Shown one piece after another: positions 21,416 through 31,415 of a stretch of 64,000 bases of DNA. The translations under genes were made by a program, and so were the position numbers. The notes under the pieces were generated by a model. It did no database searches. It saw only the letters and a program-made list of their open reading frames with translations, and was not told the origin of the DNA. The first letter of the stretch is position 1; each line of letters begins with the position of its first letter. The stretch is from Armatimonadota bacterium. GTDB taxonomy: Bacteria > Armatimonadota > SYMT01. The stretch is taken from positions 1 to 64,000 of the forward strand of contig JAWLHY010000021.1 in assembly GCA_041690135.1 (NCBI GenBank), read 5' to 3'.

Positions 21416-24118
21416 ATGAGATCTGAGAATCCGAAGCAGTGTTCGGAGATGCGGTTATGGGCGGCCGTCGCGCTGCTGGCAGCAGTTCCCGCTGCCGCCG
21501 CCCCGAAAAAGAAGCCTGCGGCTCCAAAGAAAGCGCCGGTGAAGCGCACGGCCCCTACCGTGGCCAAGCCCGCGGCGAAGGGAATCGCGCCGGTGGTTTC
21601 CCTGAGCGTCTCCCCCGAAAACGCCGTAATCGACGGGCCCAAGATGCGCCAGCAGTTGCTGGTCACGGGGGTGCGCCAGGATAAGACGCTGGTGGACCTG
21701 ACGGCCAAGGCCAAGTACTTCACCAAAACCCCCAAGGTGGCAGTAGTCAATGCCAACGGCGTCGTCCAGCCGCTCAGCGACGGCACCGCCGAGATCGTCG
21801 TCGTGGCGGCCGGGAAGAAGAGCGCGGTCAAGCTGACCACGAAAAACGTGGCCCAACCGTTCACCTGGGGCTTTACCCACCACGTCGAATCGGTGCTGAG
21901 CAAGACCGGATGCAGTATGGGCGCTTGCCACGGCGCGGCCGCCGGCAAGAACGGATTCCGATTGACCCTGCGGGGTTATGATCCGGATATGGATTACGAA
22001 CGGCTGCTTTATGAAAGCGGCGGCCGCCGAATCCAGAAGGCCGATCCCGGCAATAGCCTGCTCCTGCTCAAGGCGACGCTGGCGGTTCCGCACGCGGGCG
22101 GCCTCCGGTTCAAAGAGAACACCCTCGAGTACAAGGTCATCGCGGAGTGGATCGCCCAGGGGATGCCCGGACCGTCCGAAAAGGATGCCAAGCTCGAGCG
22201 CCTGGAAGTCATTCCTTCGGACCGGGTGCTGACCGAGAATGCGGATCAGCAGCTGGTGGTACGCGCGCACTTCTCGGACGGAAAGGTGGAAGACGTGACC
22301 CATTGGGCGCGCTACACCTCCAACGAGGAAGGTATCGCCACGGTGGACGAGAGCGGTAAGGTGAACACCAAAGGGGTGGGCGAAACGTCCATCACCGTGA
22401 TGTACATCGATAAGGTGGCTACCGCCCGCGTGACGGTGCCGTTCCCGAACCAGGTTACGGCAAAGCAGTATCAGAGCATCCCGCGCGCCAGCTACATTGA
22501 CCAACTGGTGCTGCAGAAGCTCGAGACGCTGCGCATCCTGCCTTCCGACCTGGCCACCGACGAAGAGTTCGTCCGCCGTGTGTATCTGGACGTGATCGGA
22601 ACCCTGCCCACCGCGCAGGAAGTCCGCACGTTCCTGACCGACAAGAGCGCCAACAAGCGGGCCAAGCTGATCGATGAGCTCCTCGACCGGCCGGAATACG
22701 TGGACTTCTGGACCTACAAGTGGGGCGACATGCTCCGCGTGAACCGGGAGACGCTCACCGAGAAGGGCATGTGGGCGTTCTACGCCTGGCTGCGCGACAG
22801 CGTGGCGGAGAACAAGCCCTGGGACAAGCTGGTCTACGACGTGCTGACGGCCAACGGGAGCAATTTCTCTTACGGCCCCAGCAACTTCTACCGCATCAGC
22901 CGGAATCCCGAAGATCTCACGGAGACCGTAAGCCAGGCCTTCCTGGGGATACGGGTTTCCTGCGCCCGGTGTCACAACCATCCGTTCGAGAAATGGACCC
23001 AGGCCGACTACTACAAGTTCGCCAACCACTTCTCGCGGATCACCCGCAAGAACGGCGATACTCCGCAGGACCTGATCATCACCGCCGCCACGGGTGGCGA
23101 GATCAACTTCCCCAAGACCGGTAAGCCGTTCGCGCCGCAGCCTTACGACGGCAAGCCGATGCCGGCGGATTCCACGCTGGACCGCCGCGTTTACCTGGCG
23201 GAGTGGTTGACGGCGCCGGACAACAGCTACTTCGTGCAGTCCATTGTTAACCGCGTGTGGCGCCACTACATGGGGCGAGGCCTCATCGAACCGGTGGACG
23301 ACCTGCGGTTGACCAACCCGCCGACGAACCAGGCGCTGATGGATGCAATGTGCAAGGACCTCACCGAGCACAAGTTCGACCTGAAGCACCTGATGCGGCA
23401 GATCCTGAACAGCCGCACCTACCAGTTGACCTCGCGGCCCAAGCCCGAGAATAAGAAGGACGACCGGCAGTACAGCCGCTACTTCGTGAAGCGCCTGACC
23501 GCCGAGCAGTTGCTGGACGCGATCTGCGCTGTGACGGGGAAGCCGGAGAAGTTCGGCGGCCTGCCGATGGGCTATCGCGCCATCCAGCTTCCGGATACCA
23601 AGGTCGCCAACTACTTCCTGGACGTCTTCGGACGGCCGCCGCGGCAGATCACCTGCGACTGCGAGCGCGCCCAGGAGCCGAACATGGCGCAGGCCCTGCA
23701 CCTGATCAATGGTGCGGGAGTCAACCAGAAGATCGCGGCGGATGACGGTCTCGTGGCCCGCCTGCTGAAGGAGATGCAGTCGGACAACGCGATCATCGAG
23801 GAACTCTACCTCACCTGCTTCGGGCGAATGCCCACCCAGCAGGAGATGGCGGCGGCCCTGCAGACGGTCGACGAGGCGATGAATCCGAAGCCGGCGGTGC
23901 CGGGCGAGCCCAAGCCGGCGGTGGCGAAACCGGAGCCGAAGCCGGCCGAGGCCAAGCCGGCCGACGCCAAAGCGGCGGATGCGAAGCCCGCGGAGATGAA
24001 GCCCGCTGAAAAGAAGCCGGAGCCGCCGAAGTTCGACCCGGCCGTAGCACGCCGGCAGGTCTTCGAGGATCTACTCTGGGCGTTGATTAACGGCAAGGAG
24101 TTCGTGTTCAATCACTAG
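21416..24118 (+). CDS. DUF1549/DUF1553 (PSCyt2/PSD1) protein with Ig-like (Big_2) domains
   Basis: GCSMGACHG, DEEFVRRVYLDVIGTLPT, FLGIRVSCARCHNHPFEKWTQ, IVNRVWRHYMGRGLIEPVDD, C-terminal KEFVFNH. Confidence 0.9.
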   Translation: MRSENPKQCSEMRLWAAVALLAAVPAAAAPKKKPAAPKKAPVKRTAPTVAKPAAKGIAPVVSLSVSPENAVIDGPKMRQQLLVTGVRQDKTLVDLTAKAKYFTKTPKVAVVNANGVVQPLSDGTAEIVVVAAGKKSAVKLTTKNVAQPFTWGFTHHVESVLSKTGCSMGACHGAAAGKNGFRLTLRGYDPDMDYERLLYESGGRRIQKADPGNSLLLLKATLAVPHAGGLRFKENTLEYKVIAEWIAQGMPGPSEKDAKLERLEVIPSDRVLTENADQQLVVRAHFSDGKVEDVTHWARYTSNEEGIATVDESGKVNTKGVGETSITVMYIDKVATARVTVPFPNQVTAKQYQSIPRASYIDQLVLQKLETLRILPSDLATDEEFVRRVYLDVIGTLPTAQEVRTFLTDKSANKRAKLIDELLDRPEYVDFWTYKWGDMLRVNRETLTEKGMWAFYAWLRDSVAENKPWDKLVYDVLTANGSNFSYGPSNFYRISRNPEDLTETVSQAFLGIRVSCARCHNHPFEKWTQADYYKFANHFSRITRKNGDTPQDLIITAATGGEINFPKTGKPFAPQPYDGKPMPADSTLDRRVYLAEWLTAPDNSYFVQSIVNRVWRHYMGRGLIEPVDDLRLTNPPTNQALMDAMCKDLTEHKFDLKHLMRQILNSRTYQLTSRPKPENKKDDRQYSRYFVKRLTAEQLLDAICAVTGKPEKFGGLPMGYRAIQLPDTKVANYFLDVFGRPPRQITCDCERAQEPNMAQALHLINGAGVNQKIAADDGLVARLLKEMQSDNAIIEELYLTCFGRMPTQQEMAAALQTVDEAMNPKPAVPGEPKPAVAKPEPKPAEAKPADAKAADAKPAEMKPAEKKPEPPKFDPAVARRQVFEDLLWALINGKEFVFNH

Positions 24119-24159
24119 CTCCGGATGAGCCGTGCACCCCGCCTGCGGACGGGGTAATG

Positions 24160-24195
24160 AAGAGGGGAACGGGCCCGTGCCCGTTCCCCTCTTTG
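24160..24195 (+). terminator. Rho-independent terminator-like hairpin
   Basis: AAGAGGGGAACGGGC-ccgt-GCCCGTTCCCCTCTT followed by TGTT. Confidence 0.75.
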
Positions 24196-24330
24196 TTCAC
24201 CAAGGTGAAGTTCTGTCACCAAAACTCTGCCGACATGCCGTCCTGTCTATTGTCGAATCAGAGAGGGTACCGGGCCACGGGCCTGGAATTACTTACCAGT
24301 CGTTTTCGGTTATCTGGAGGAAGCGGAGCC

Positions 24331-25731
24331 ATGCGTCTCGTGCATGTGAGCCTGGTCTTGGGTCTGGGTGTCATCGCCTCCCCGGGCGTCGCCCGGGCAC
24401 AGACTGTGAGCTTTAGTAAGGACATTGTTCCGATCATGAAGGAGCAATGCGTCAAGTGCCACAGCGCGCGACAGCCTACCGGCGGGTTCGCGGTTTCCAG
24501 CTATGCGGCCCTGGTGAAGGGCGGCAAGGGTGGCAAGCTGATCGCAGCCAAGGCGGCCGACAGCCGATTGGTGAAGCTGATCGAAGGCACGGCCCAGCCG
24601 AAGATGCCCCCCGGCGGCAGCATGAAGAAAGAGGACATCGCCAAGATCCGGGCGTGGATTGACCAGGGCGCTAAGCCCGATGTCGCCCCGGACGCGGTGG
24701 TGATTCCCGACACGGCCATCCCGCCCGTGAAGGTACCGGTGGTGAAGCCAAAGGTGCCGGTGCTGCCTCAAGTCGGCGCCCTTGCCTGGAGCAAGGACAG
24801 CAAGATGCTCGCGGTTGGGACCTATAAGGTCGTCAAGCTGATCGACCCCGCCAACGGGCAGGTCATCCGCGAGCTCAAGGATCATTCGGATGTGATCCAC
24901 TCGCTCCACTTCAGCCCGGATGGCAAGTTGCTCGCCGCAGCCGGCGGCCCGCCCGCCCAGCAGGGGGAGATCAAGATCTGGGACGTAGCCACCGGCAACG
25001 TGGTACGAACTATTCTGGGGCACAACGACTACATCTACTCTTGCTCGTGGAGCCCGGACAGCAAGACCATCGCCTCTGCCAGCTACGACAAGCTGATCAA
25101 GATCTGGGACGTAGCCACCGGCAACGAGGTCAAGACGCTCAAGGACCACGCTGACGCTGTTTACGCCGTGGCGTTCAGCCCCGACGGCAACCTGCTTGCT
25201 TCCGGCAGCGCGGACCGGTCGGTCAAAATGTGGGACGTCAAGTCCGGAAAGCGCATCTACACGCTCTCCGGTCACGGCGACATCGTGTTCTCACTGGCCT
25301 GGAACAAGGCCGGCAATCAGCTCAGCTCGACGGGAGCCGACAAGACCCTTCGCACCTGGAACGTCAACCCGCAGGCCGGCAACCAGGCTCGCAGCGTGGG
25401 GGCCGCCGGCAAGACGGTGAATGAGGTCGTCTACTCGCTCGACGGAACGCTGATGGCAACGGTGAGTGACGATAAGTCGCTCAAGGTGTGGAACGCCGGC
25501 AACGGCCAGGCCACGCAAACCATTGCCAACCAGGCCGACTCGCTCCTGTCGGTAGCAATCAGCCCGGATAACAAGCTGGTTGCGGCGGGTGGTTTCGACG
25601 GCACCGTGAAGATCTTCAACGTGGCGGACGGAAAGCCGGTGAACACGTTGATCGACCTTCCCAAGGCGCCGGAGCCGAAGGTTGAAGCCAAGCCCGCTAC
25701 ACCCGCCAAGGCGGAGGCCAAGAAAGGCTAA
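24331..25731 (+). CDS. Planctomycete-type cytochrome c domain + WD40-repeat protein
   Basis: Signal peptide; VSFSKDIVPIMKEQCVKCH...MPP...WIDQGA; seven WD-like repeats (GH...SPDG...IKIWD). Confidence 0.92.
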   Translation: MRLVHVSLVLGLGVIASPGVARAQTVSFSKDIVPIMKEQCVKCHSARQPTGGFAVSSYAALVKGGKGGKLIAAKAADSRLVKLIEGTAQPKMPPGGSMKKEDIAKIRAWIDQGAKPDVAPDAVVIPDTAIPPVKVPVVKPKVPVLPQVGALAWSKDSKMLAVGTYKVVKLIDPANGQVIRELKDHSDVIHSLHFSPDGKLLAAAGGPPAQQGEIKIWDVATGNVVRTILGHNDYIYSCSWSPDSKTIASASYDKLIKIWDVATGNEVKTLKDHADAVYAVAFSPDGNLLASGSADRSVKMWDVKSGKRIYTLSGHGDIVFSLAWNKAGNQLSSTGADKTLRTWNVNPQAGNQARSVGAAGKTVNEVVYSLDGTLMATVSDDKSLKVWNAGNGQATQTIANQADSLLSVAISPDNKLVAAGGFDGTVKIFNVADGKPVNTLIDLPKAPEPKVEAKPATPAKAEAKKG

Positions 25732-25777
25732 GATCCGCAGGCGCTGATACTTACCCCCCAAGATAATGGGGGAGTGA

Positions 25778-25831
25778 AGAAAAGGGGAATGGGAGCTGTC
25801 TGGCGCAAGACCGCTCCCATTCCCCTTTTCT
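25778..25831. terminator. Long hairpin, probable terminator
   Basis: AGAAAAGGGGAATGGGAGC...GCTCCCATTCCCCTTTTCT. Confidence 0.8.
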
Positions 25832-25918
25832 CATGCGCCGCCCCTCACCTCTCCCACGCTCTTCGAGAAGGCCGATTGGAACGAAGCGTAGAACACACCA
25901 TCCAAGGAGGATCCGCAC

Positions 25919-26635
25919 ATGAGCCACGATCAACCGCCTTCACACACGCTGAACGACTTCCTGATTGCTACCGCGGAGCGAGACCGCCCCGGAGACGTGT
26001 TCGAGCTGGAAAGCACCCGGATGCTCGAGGTGAATGTCAATGGCCGCGTTTGGGCGAAGCTGGGCTCAATGGTCGCCTACCGCGGGCAGGTTCGCTTCAA
26101 CCGCGAAGGGACCTTTGAGGGTGGGGTAGGGAAGGCGCTTAAGCGCATGGTTTCCGGTGAGGTCACCCCCCTGGTCAAGATCGAAGGGCAGGGCAAGGTG
26201 TACCTGGCGGACGAAGGGAAACACGTTACCCTACTGCGACTCCAGGGCGACACCATCAACGTCAACGGTAACGATCTCCTCGCCTTCGAGGACACGGTGA
26301 GTTACGACATCACGATGCACCGCCGCATTGCGGGAATGATGGCCGGCGGCCTTTTCTCGGTCCGCCTCACTGGTCATGGATTGATCGCCCTGATGTCTCA
26401 CGGTGAGCCCCTGACCCTCCGCTGCACCACAGGCGATCCCATTACCACCGATCCGAATGCAACCATCGCCTGGTCCGGCAACCTCTCTCCCGAGGTGAAG
26501 ACCGACATTTCCCTTAAGACGCTGATCGGGCGTGGGGGCGGCGAGACTTTCCAGATGCACTTCCGAGGCGACGGCTTCGTGGTGGTCCAGCCTTACGAGG
26601 AGATCCCCGTGGCGACCGGTCAGGGTGGTGGGTAG
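25919..26635 (+). CDS. AIM24-family protein
   Basis: AAGGAGG RBS; GSMVAYRG, GQGKVYLAD, GGLFSVRLTGHG, GETFQMHFRGDGFVVVQPYE. Confidence 0.9.
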   Translation: MSHDQPPSHTLNDFLIATAERDRPGDVFELESTRMLEVNVNGRVWAKLGSMVAYRGQVRFNREGTFEGGVGKALKRMVSGEVTPLVKIEGQGKVYLADEGKHVTLLRLQGDTINVNGNDLLAFEDTVSYDITMHRRIAGMMAGGLFSVRLTGHGLIALMSHGEPLTLRCTTGDPITTDPNATIAWSGNLSPEVKTDISLKTLIGRGGGETFQMHFRGDGFVVVQPYEEIPVATGQGGG

Positions 26636-26655
26636 GTTTTCCACAGGGAGGTTGA

Positions 26656-27885
26656 ATGAGAATCCTAGCCCTACTGATCGCAACCGTTGGGGTGCTGGTG
26701 GGGGCGGCCGGCGCGGCAGAGCGCCGCAGCGGCACCGGGCCCTGGGACGTTAAGGCGCTCCAGAAGAAGCCGACCTACGAGATCGGCGCGCCCGAGACGG
26801 TTGAGGAAAAGGGACCGGATGGAGCCGTTAAGGTAAGGCTGCATCACGTCTATTACCAGGGCGAGCCATGGATGGGGAAGCCGACGCGGGTCTTTGCCTA
26901 TTACGCCCGTCCGGAGGCTGCCGAAGGCAAGCTCCCCGCCGTGGTGCTGGTTCACGGCGGGGGCGGAATGGCGTTCCCGCAGTGGGCACGCTTGTGGGCC
27001 GCCCGCGGATATGCCGCCCTGGCCATGGACCTCTCCGGCAAGGGTCCCGAGCGGATGCCGCTGGCGGACGGAGGCCCGGACCAGGGTGACGAATGGAAGT
27101 TCCGCCGGCTTAAAGACGGCGTCAAGAATGCCTGGAGCTACCATGCGGTAGCGGCGGTCATCCGGGGCGCGTCCGTCTTGCGTTCGCTCCCGGACGTCGA
27201 CTCGAAGCGGATGGCGATCACCGGCATCTCGTGGGGTGGCTATCTCACCTCCCTGGTGATGAGCCTGGATGATCGTTTCAAAGCGGCCGTTCCGGTCTAC
27301 GGCTGCGGCTACCTGCATGAAAACAGCGTGTGGCTGCCGATTTTCGCCCAGTTGCCCGACACGGAGAAGCAGCAGTGGGTCGAAAACTTTGACCCTTCCC
27401 GCTACCTCGCCCGTTGTAAGACCCCGGTCCTCTGGATGAACGGCACCAACGACTTTGCCTACCCTCTGGACAGCTACCAGAAGTGTTACCGGTTGCCCCA
27501 GGGCCCGCGCACCCTTTGTGTGACGGTAAAGATGCCGCACGGCCATGAAGCCGGCTGGGCGCGACCGGAAATCCACTGGTTCATCGATTCGCACATCGGG
27601 CGCTCCGAAACCCAGCCGTTAGCAAAGGTCAGCCCACCCATGGTGCTCGATCGAAAGGTGAAGGTAGCCTACGATGCGGAGACGGTGCTCCGCAAGGCGG
27701 AGATCCACTGGACCACGGATCTCGACAAGGCGTGGCAGCAGCGCGATTGGAAGACGGCGCCCGCGAGGGTGGTCGGCCTTCACGAAGTCGAGGCCGATCT
27801 TCCCAAAGGGCCGGCCCTCTACTTCCTGACCCTCACCGACACCCGCGGCGCGGTCGTTTCCACGGAACACGCCGAGAGCAAGTAA
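26656..27885 (+). CDS. Secreted alpha/beta hydrolase (acetyl xylan esterase / PqaA-like)
   Basis: Signal peptide; PAVVLVHGGGG; GISWGG nucleophile elbow; GTND and HGH catalytic candidates. Confidence 0.85.
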   Translation: MRILALLIATVGVLVGAAGAAERRSGTGPWDVKALQKKPTYEIGAPETVEEKGPDGAVKVRLHHVYYQGEPWMGKPTRVFAYYARPEAAEGKLPAVVLVHGGGGMAFPQWARLWAARGYAALAMDLSGKGPERMPLADGGPDQGDEWKFRRLKDGVKNAWSYHAVAAVIRGASVLRSLPDVDSKRMAITGISWGGYLTSLVMSLDDRFKAAVPVYGCGYLHENSVWLPIFAQLPDTEKQQWVENFDPSRYLARCKTPVLWMNGTNDFAYPLDSYQKCYRLPQGPRTLCVTVKMPHGHEAGWARPEIHWFIDSHIGRSETQPLAKVSPPMVLDRKVKVAYDAETVLRKAEIHWTTDLDKAWQQRDWKTAPARVVGLHEVEADLPKGPALYFLTLTDTRGAVVSTEHAESK

Positions 27886-27892
27886 TCAGCAC

Positions 27893-28022
27893 ACCGGGCT
27901 CGCACCAGTAGGGGCGAGCCCGGTCCAGTTCTGCTGCTGGGGGATCACGGGTGCGGTTCACCCGCGCCCGCCACGGAATGGAATTCCGCGGCTACTGCAA
28001 AGTGAAACCCCTTTGGGGTTAA
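27893..28022. repeat. Hairpin/REP-like cluster between convergent genes
   Basis: ACCGGGCTCGC...GCGAGCCCGGT (27893-27924), GCCACGGAATGGAATTCCGCGGC (27971-27993), AACCCCTTTGGGGTT. Confidence 0.55.
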
Positions 28023-28070
28023 CGCACCACTACACCGGTTCGAATCTGTGCAGTTACCTCGCACAAGCCC

Positions 28071-28466
28071 TTAGCGGCGCCCGTACCGGTCCCGATCCCG
28101 GTAACCACGGTCGGTCTTCCGTTCCAGGTCGCGTTCGATTTTGTCCAGGTCGCCGTCCCGACGGCGGAACTCGCTATCCGACAGCTTCCGGTCGTCACGA
28201 AGGAAGTCGCGGATGCGGTTGATCCGCCGCGAAAGGTCTCGCCCTTCGGAGGGTCGTAGGTCCCCATGCCGCTCCGCCTTCCGCACGCGGTCACCCAGGG
28301 AGACCGTCCGCGCAATCAGCTCCGCTTTGGGGTTGGCCACCCGGATGTAGGAGAACAGGTCCCCCAGGGGACCGCGATCGTCCGCCACTCCCGGCGAGGC
28401 CCCGGTGATGCTCAATCCCACCCCGGCCAGCAGCGCCCAAACAGCCAAATTCAGTCTTCGCAACAT
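28071..28466 (-). CDS. Small secreted Arg/Asp-rich hypothetical protein
   Basis: AAGGA RBS; signal peptide MLRRLNLAVWALLAG...; helical charged repeats (GDLRPSE / KLSDSE). Confidence 0.7.
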   Translation of the reverse strand: MLRRLNLAVWALLAGVGLSITGASPGVADDRGPLGDLFSYIRVANPKAELIARTVSLGDRVRKAERHGDLRPSEGRDLSRRINRIRDFLRDDRKLSDSEFRRRDGDLDKIERDLERKTDRGYRDRDRYGRR

Positions 28467-28673
28467 CGTCCTTCTCGCTAGCTCGTTGGACCAAAACGTG
28501 AAATGCGTGGCGCGCAGGGAACCGAGGGGCTCCAGGCTACACACCACGCACTTCCATCACACAGATCGTAGACGCACTGGACTTCACGTTTCACGCTCAC
28601 CCCTGGCGCCACTCGCGGACTGCAAAGTCACCAGGAGTTACCCAGGCGCGCAAAACGCAGTGCTCCTCAAGAC

Positions 28674-28967
28674 CTAGCGCCGTCGGTAGCTGCGGACCTT
28701 CGAGAACCGCTGGTTCTTGCGGCGGTCGTTCGCGGCCTTCTTCCACTGCTGGCTGGCCAGGTAGGTGCCGGCGCCACCGATCAGGGCCAGGGTGTCCTTG
28801 TTTTTGGCCAGGGCATAAACCGATGCGGCGCCGAGGGCATAGGTGGCGATCTTCCAGGTGTTCTCTTTGCCGCTCGCCGCTTCCGCGGGCTTCGCGGCGC
28901 CGACGCTCAACAGCGCACCCAGGGCCAGGACCACCGCCATCATCGAGGAATACATTCGGGTCTTCAT
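28674..28967 (-). CDS. Small membrane/secreted hypothetical protein
   Basis: GAGGT RBS; signal peptide, two short hydrophobic helices, basic tail. Confidence 0.7.
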   Translation of the reverse strand: MKTRMYSSMMAVVLALGALLSVGAAKPAEAASGKENTWKIATYALGAASVYALAKNKDTLALIGGAGTYLASQQWKKAANDRRKNQRFSKVRSYRRR

Positions 28968-29352
28968 TGGTTACCTCTGCTTTGCTTGCTATCGTCATCC
29001 GGCATCCGAGGCTTTCAAACCTGGCTACCGTCGATCCTCAAAGTGTGCTTCGGTTAGAAGAACCCGGGCGTGCCGCACCGGTTCCCAACTTTTTTCCGGG
29101 CGTTTTGCTGGCGGACGAGACGTCCGAGCTCCTAACGCTCAAATCGGAACCCGACTCCCGGATCATGCGTAGATAGTGAGTGGTGTCCTGCACCCTCCCC
29201 GTTGAGGGGCCGAGCACGGGGCACCTGCCTGTCTGTTCGGAGGCGCGCCAGGGACGAGGCGCGTTCCGCACAGGGTCGGTCCCATCGGGATCCGGCTTCC
29301 CTGGAGGTCGCGAGCGAAGCCGGTAGACTTGCGAAAGGCGGTTCCCAATCCT

Positions 29353-29373
29353 GCTGTCAAGGGACTTGACAGC
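29353..29373. promoter_or_regulatory. Palindrome carrying TTGACA on both strands between divergent genes
   Basis: GCTGTCAAG-gga-CTTGACAGC, about 85 bp upstream of the ABC operon. Confidence 0.5.
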
Positions 29374-29458
29374 GAGGGCCGCCGCAAGTTTAAGTTTATC
29401 CGACCACTTTCCGTAACAGTGTTCACACCCAAATTGCGTCACGTTCAGGAGACCCGCC

Positions 29459-30454
29459 GTGGTCGAAGTTGAAAACCTTACCAAGCTCTACGGCGACATG
29501 GTCGCCATTGACGGAGTTACGTTCCAGGCACGGGAAGGCGAGATTCTAGCCTTCCTGGGCAAGAACGGCGCCGGCAAGACGACGACGATGCGCATCATGA
29601 CGGGGTTCATGATGCCCTCCTCCGGCACGGTGCGCATCAACGGGCACGACATTCTGGAGGATTCACTGGAAGCCCGCCGGCAGATCGGCTACCTCCCGGA
29701 AACGGCGCCCATCTACGATGACATGTCCGTCCAGGGTTACCTCTCCTTCTGCGCGCGCCTGCGCAACGTGCCTTCCCGCGAAGTGGCGGAAAAGGTGGAG
29801 AAGGTGATGAAGTCGGTGCACATCTACGAGCGCCGCAACTGGATGATCTCCAAGCTCTCCAAGGGTCTCCGCCGGCGCGTGGGCCTGGCCCAGTCCCTGG
29901 TCCACAACCCCAAGGTGCTGATCCTGGACGAGCCGACAGAAGGCCTGGATCCGGAACAGATCATCGAGATCCGGCACCTGATCCGCAGCCTCCGCGGGGA
30001 CCACACGGTCATCCTTAGCACCCATATCCTCCCCGAAGCCCAGGCGCTGGCGGACCGGATCGTGATTATCAACGCCGGAAAGATCGTGGCGGTCGACACC
30101 ACCGAGAACCTCACCGGCATGGTGCAGCGCACGCAGCGCCTCCGGGTGGAAGTGGATGGGCCCGCCACCGTGGTCCGCGAGCGGATCAACGCTCTGGCCG
30201 GCGTGCGGCGCGTGGAAGCTCTCGAAGGCGAGCACGCCCGCTTCATGGTCGAGAGCGACCGCGATCAGGACGTCCGGGAGAAGGTCGCCGAAACGGTCAT
30301 CAAGAGCGGCTGGGGCTTGCTCGAGCTGGAGCGCATCGAACCGACGCTCGAGGACATCTTCCTTCACATCACCGGCCAGCGGGCCGGCCTGGAAGGTCCG
30401 GCCGACCGAGCGAGCGCGCCGGACGAGCAGAAAGAAGAAGCAGGGGTCGCATGA
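29459..30454 (+). CDS. ABC transporter ATP-binding protein (GldA-like)
   Basis: GKNGAGKTT, LSKGLRRRVGLAQ, ILDEPTEGLDP, LSTHILPE. Confidence 0.95.
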   Translation: MVEVENLTKLYGDMVAIDGVTFQAREGEILAFLGKNGAGKTTTMRIMTGFMMPSSGTVRINGHDILEDSLEARRQIGYLPETAPIYDDMSVQGYLSFCARLRNVPSREVAEKVEKVMKSVHIYERRNWMISKLSKGLRRRVGLAQSLVHNPKVLILDEPTEGLDPEQIIEIRHLIRSLRGDHTVILSTHILPEAQALADRIVIINAGKIVAVDTTENLTGMVQRTQRLRVEVDGPATVVRERINALAGVRRVEALEGEHARFMVESDRDQDVREKVAETVIKSGWGLLELERIEPTLEDIFLHITGQRAGLEGPADRASAPDEQKEEAGVA

Positions 30455-31401
30455 GACAGATCTTCACCATTGCCGACCGCGAGTTCCGGGCGCTCGTCAC
30501 CGCGCCCATCGGGTTCGTCGTGATGACGTTCTTCCTCTTCGTCAGCGGCGTCTTCTTCGTGGCGCCGCTCCAGCAGAACGTCGCCAACATCCGCTACGTC
30601 GTGGGGAACACGACCATCTGGCTTGTCTTCCTGCTGCCGGCGCTTACCATGCGCCTCCTGGCGGAAGAGAAGCGGATGGGCACCCTGGAGCTGTTGATGA
30701 CCTCACCCGTCACGGAAGCCCAGGTGGTCATCGGCAAGTACCTCGGCGTGCTGGCCTATTACGCCCTGATGCTCTTCAGCACGCTCCAGTTCGTGTTCAT
30801 CCTGGGCCTCGTGCGCAAGAGCGGCGCCAACCCGATCTTCCCCACGTACACCGGCCTCGCCTTGACGGCGGCCACCCTGGTGGTGCTGACCCTCGGCGCG
30901 CTGCAGGAATCCCGGGTGCTGGGCATCGGCGCGGGCCTGCTGGGCGCCGCCACACTGATCTGCAGCGGGTTTGCGGCCGCGCAGATGGGGGAGTGGGGCC
31001 CGGTCCTTACGGGCTACCTCGGCCTGTTCATGCTGGGAGCCGTGTTCCTGGCAATCGGGCTACTCACCTCGGCGCTCACCAAGAACCAGATCATTTCCTG
31101 GGTCTCCACGGCGGCCATTCTGCTGATGCTGACGGTACTCATCTCCTGGATGACCGGCAGCCTGCCGCCGACCGCGCCGACCCTGGATGCAAGCCCGAAC
31201 TTCGGCGCTTACCTGTCCTACGGTTGGGGCTGGGTGATGTATGCCTTCGGCCAGGTTCTCCAGACCCTCAACCTGCAGGCCTACCTGGAAAACTTCGCGC
31301 AGGGCGTGCTCGATCTGCGTGACTTCGTCCTTTACCTGTCGCTGATTGCCGTGGCGCTCTTCTTCGCCGTCCGCGGTGTAACCACGACGCGCGCAGCCTG
31401 A
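30451..31401 (+). CDS. ABC-2 permease (GldF-like)
   Basis: PALTMRLLAEEKRMGTLELLMTSPV...GKY; SALTKNQI; FAQGVLDLRD; 4-bp ATGA overlap with the upstream gene. Confidence 0.9.
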   Translation: MRQIFTIADREFRALVTAPIGFVVMTFFLFVSGVFFVAPLQQNVANIRYVVGNTTIWLVFLLPALTMRLLAEEKRMGTLELLMTSPVTEAQVVIGKYLGVLAYYALMLFSTLQFVFILGLVRKSGANPIFPTYTGLALTAATLVVLTLGALQESRVLGIGAGLLGAATLICSGFAAAQMGEWGPVLTGYLGLFMLGAVFLAIGLLTSALTKNQIISWVSTAAILLMLTVLISWMTGSLPPTAPTLDASPNFGAYLSYGWGWVMYAFGQVLQTLNLQAYLENFAQGVLDLRDFVLYLSLIAVALFFAVRGVTTTRAA

Positions 31402-31415
31402 GAGGGATCTACGGA

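Noticed and set aside
21455-23701. Long antisense ORFs (also 257-1732, 31575-33347, 40663-42264, 52188-53762, 53961-55466)
   Set aside because: Shadow ORFs expected opposite high-GC coding genes; no protein motifs
23885-24030. DNA repeat GCCGAAGCCGGC
   Set aside because: Explained by the coding PKPA/AKPA low-complexity linker
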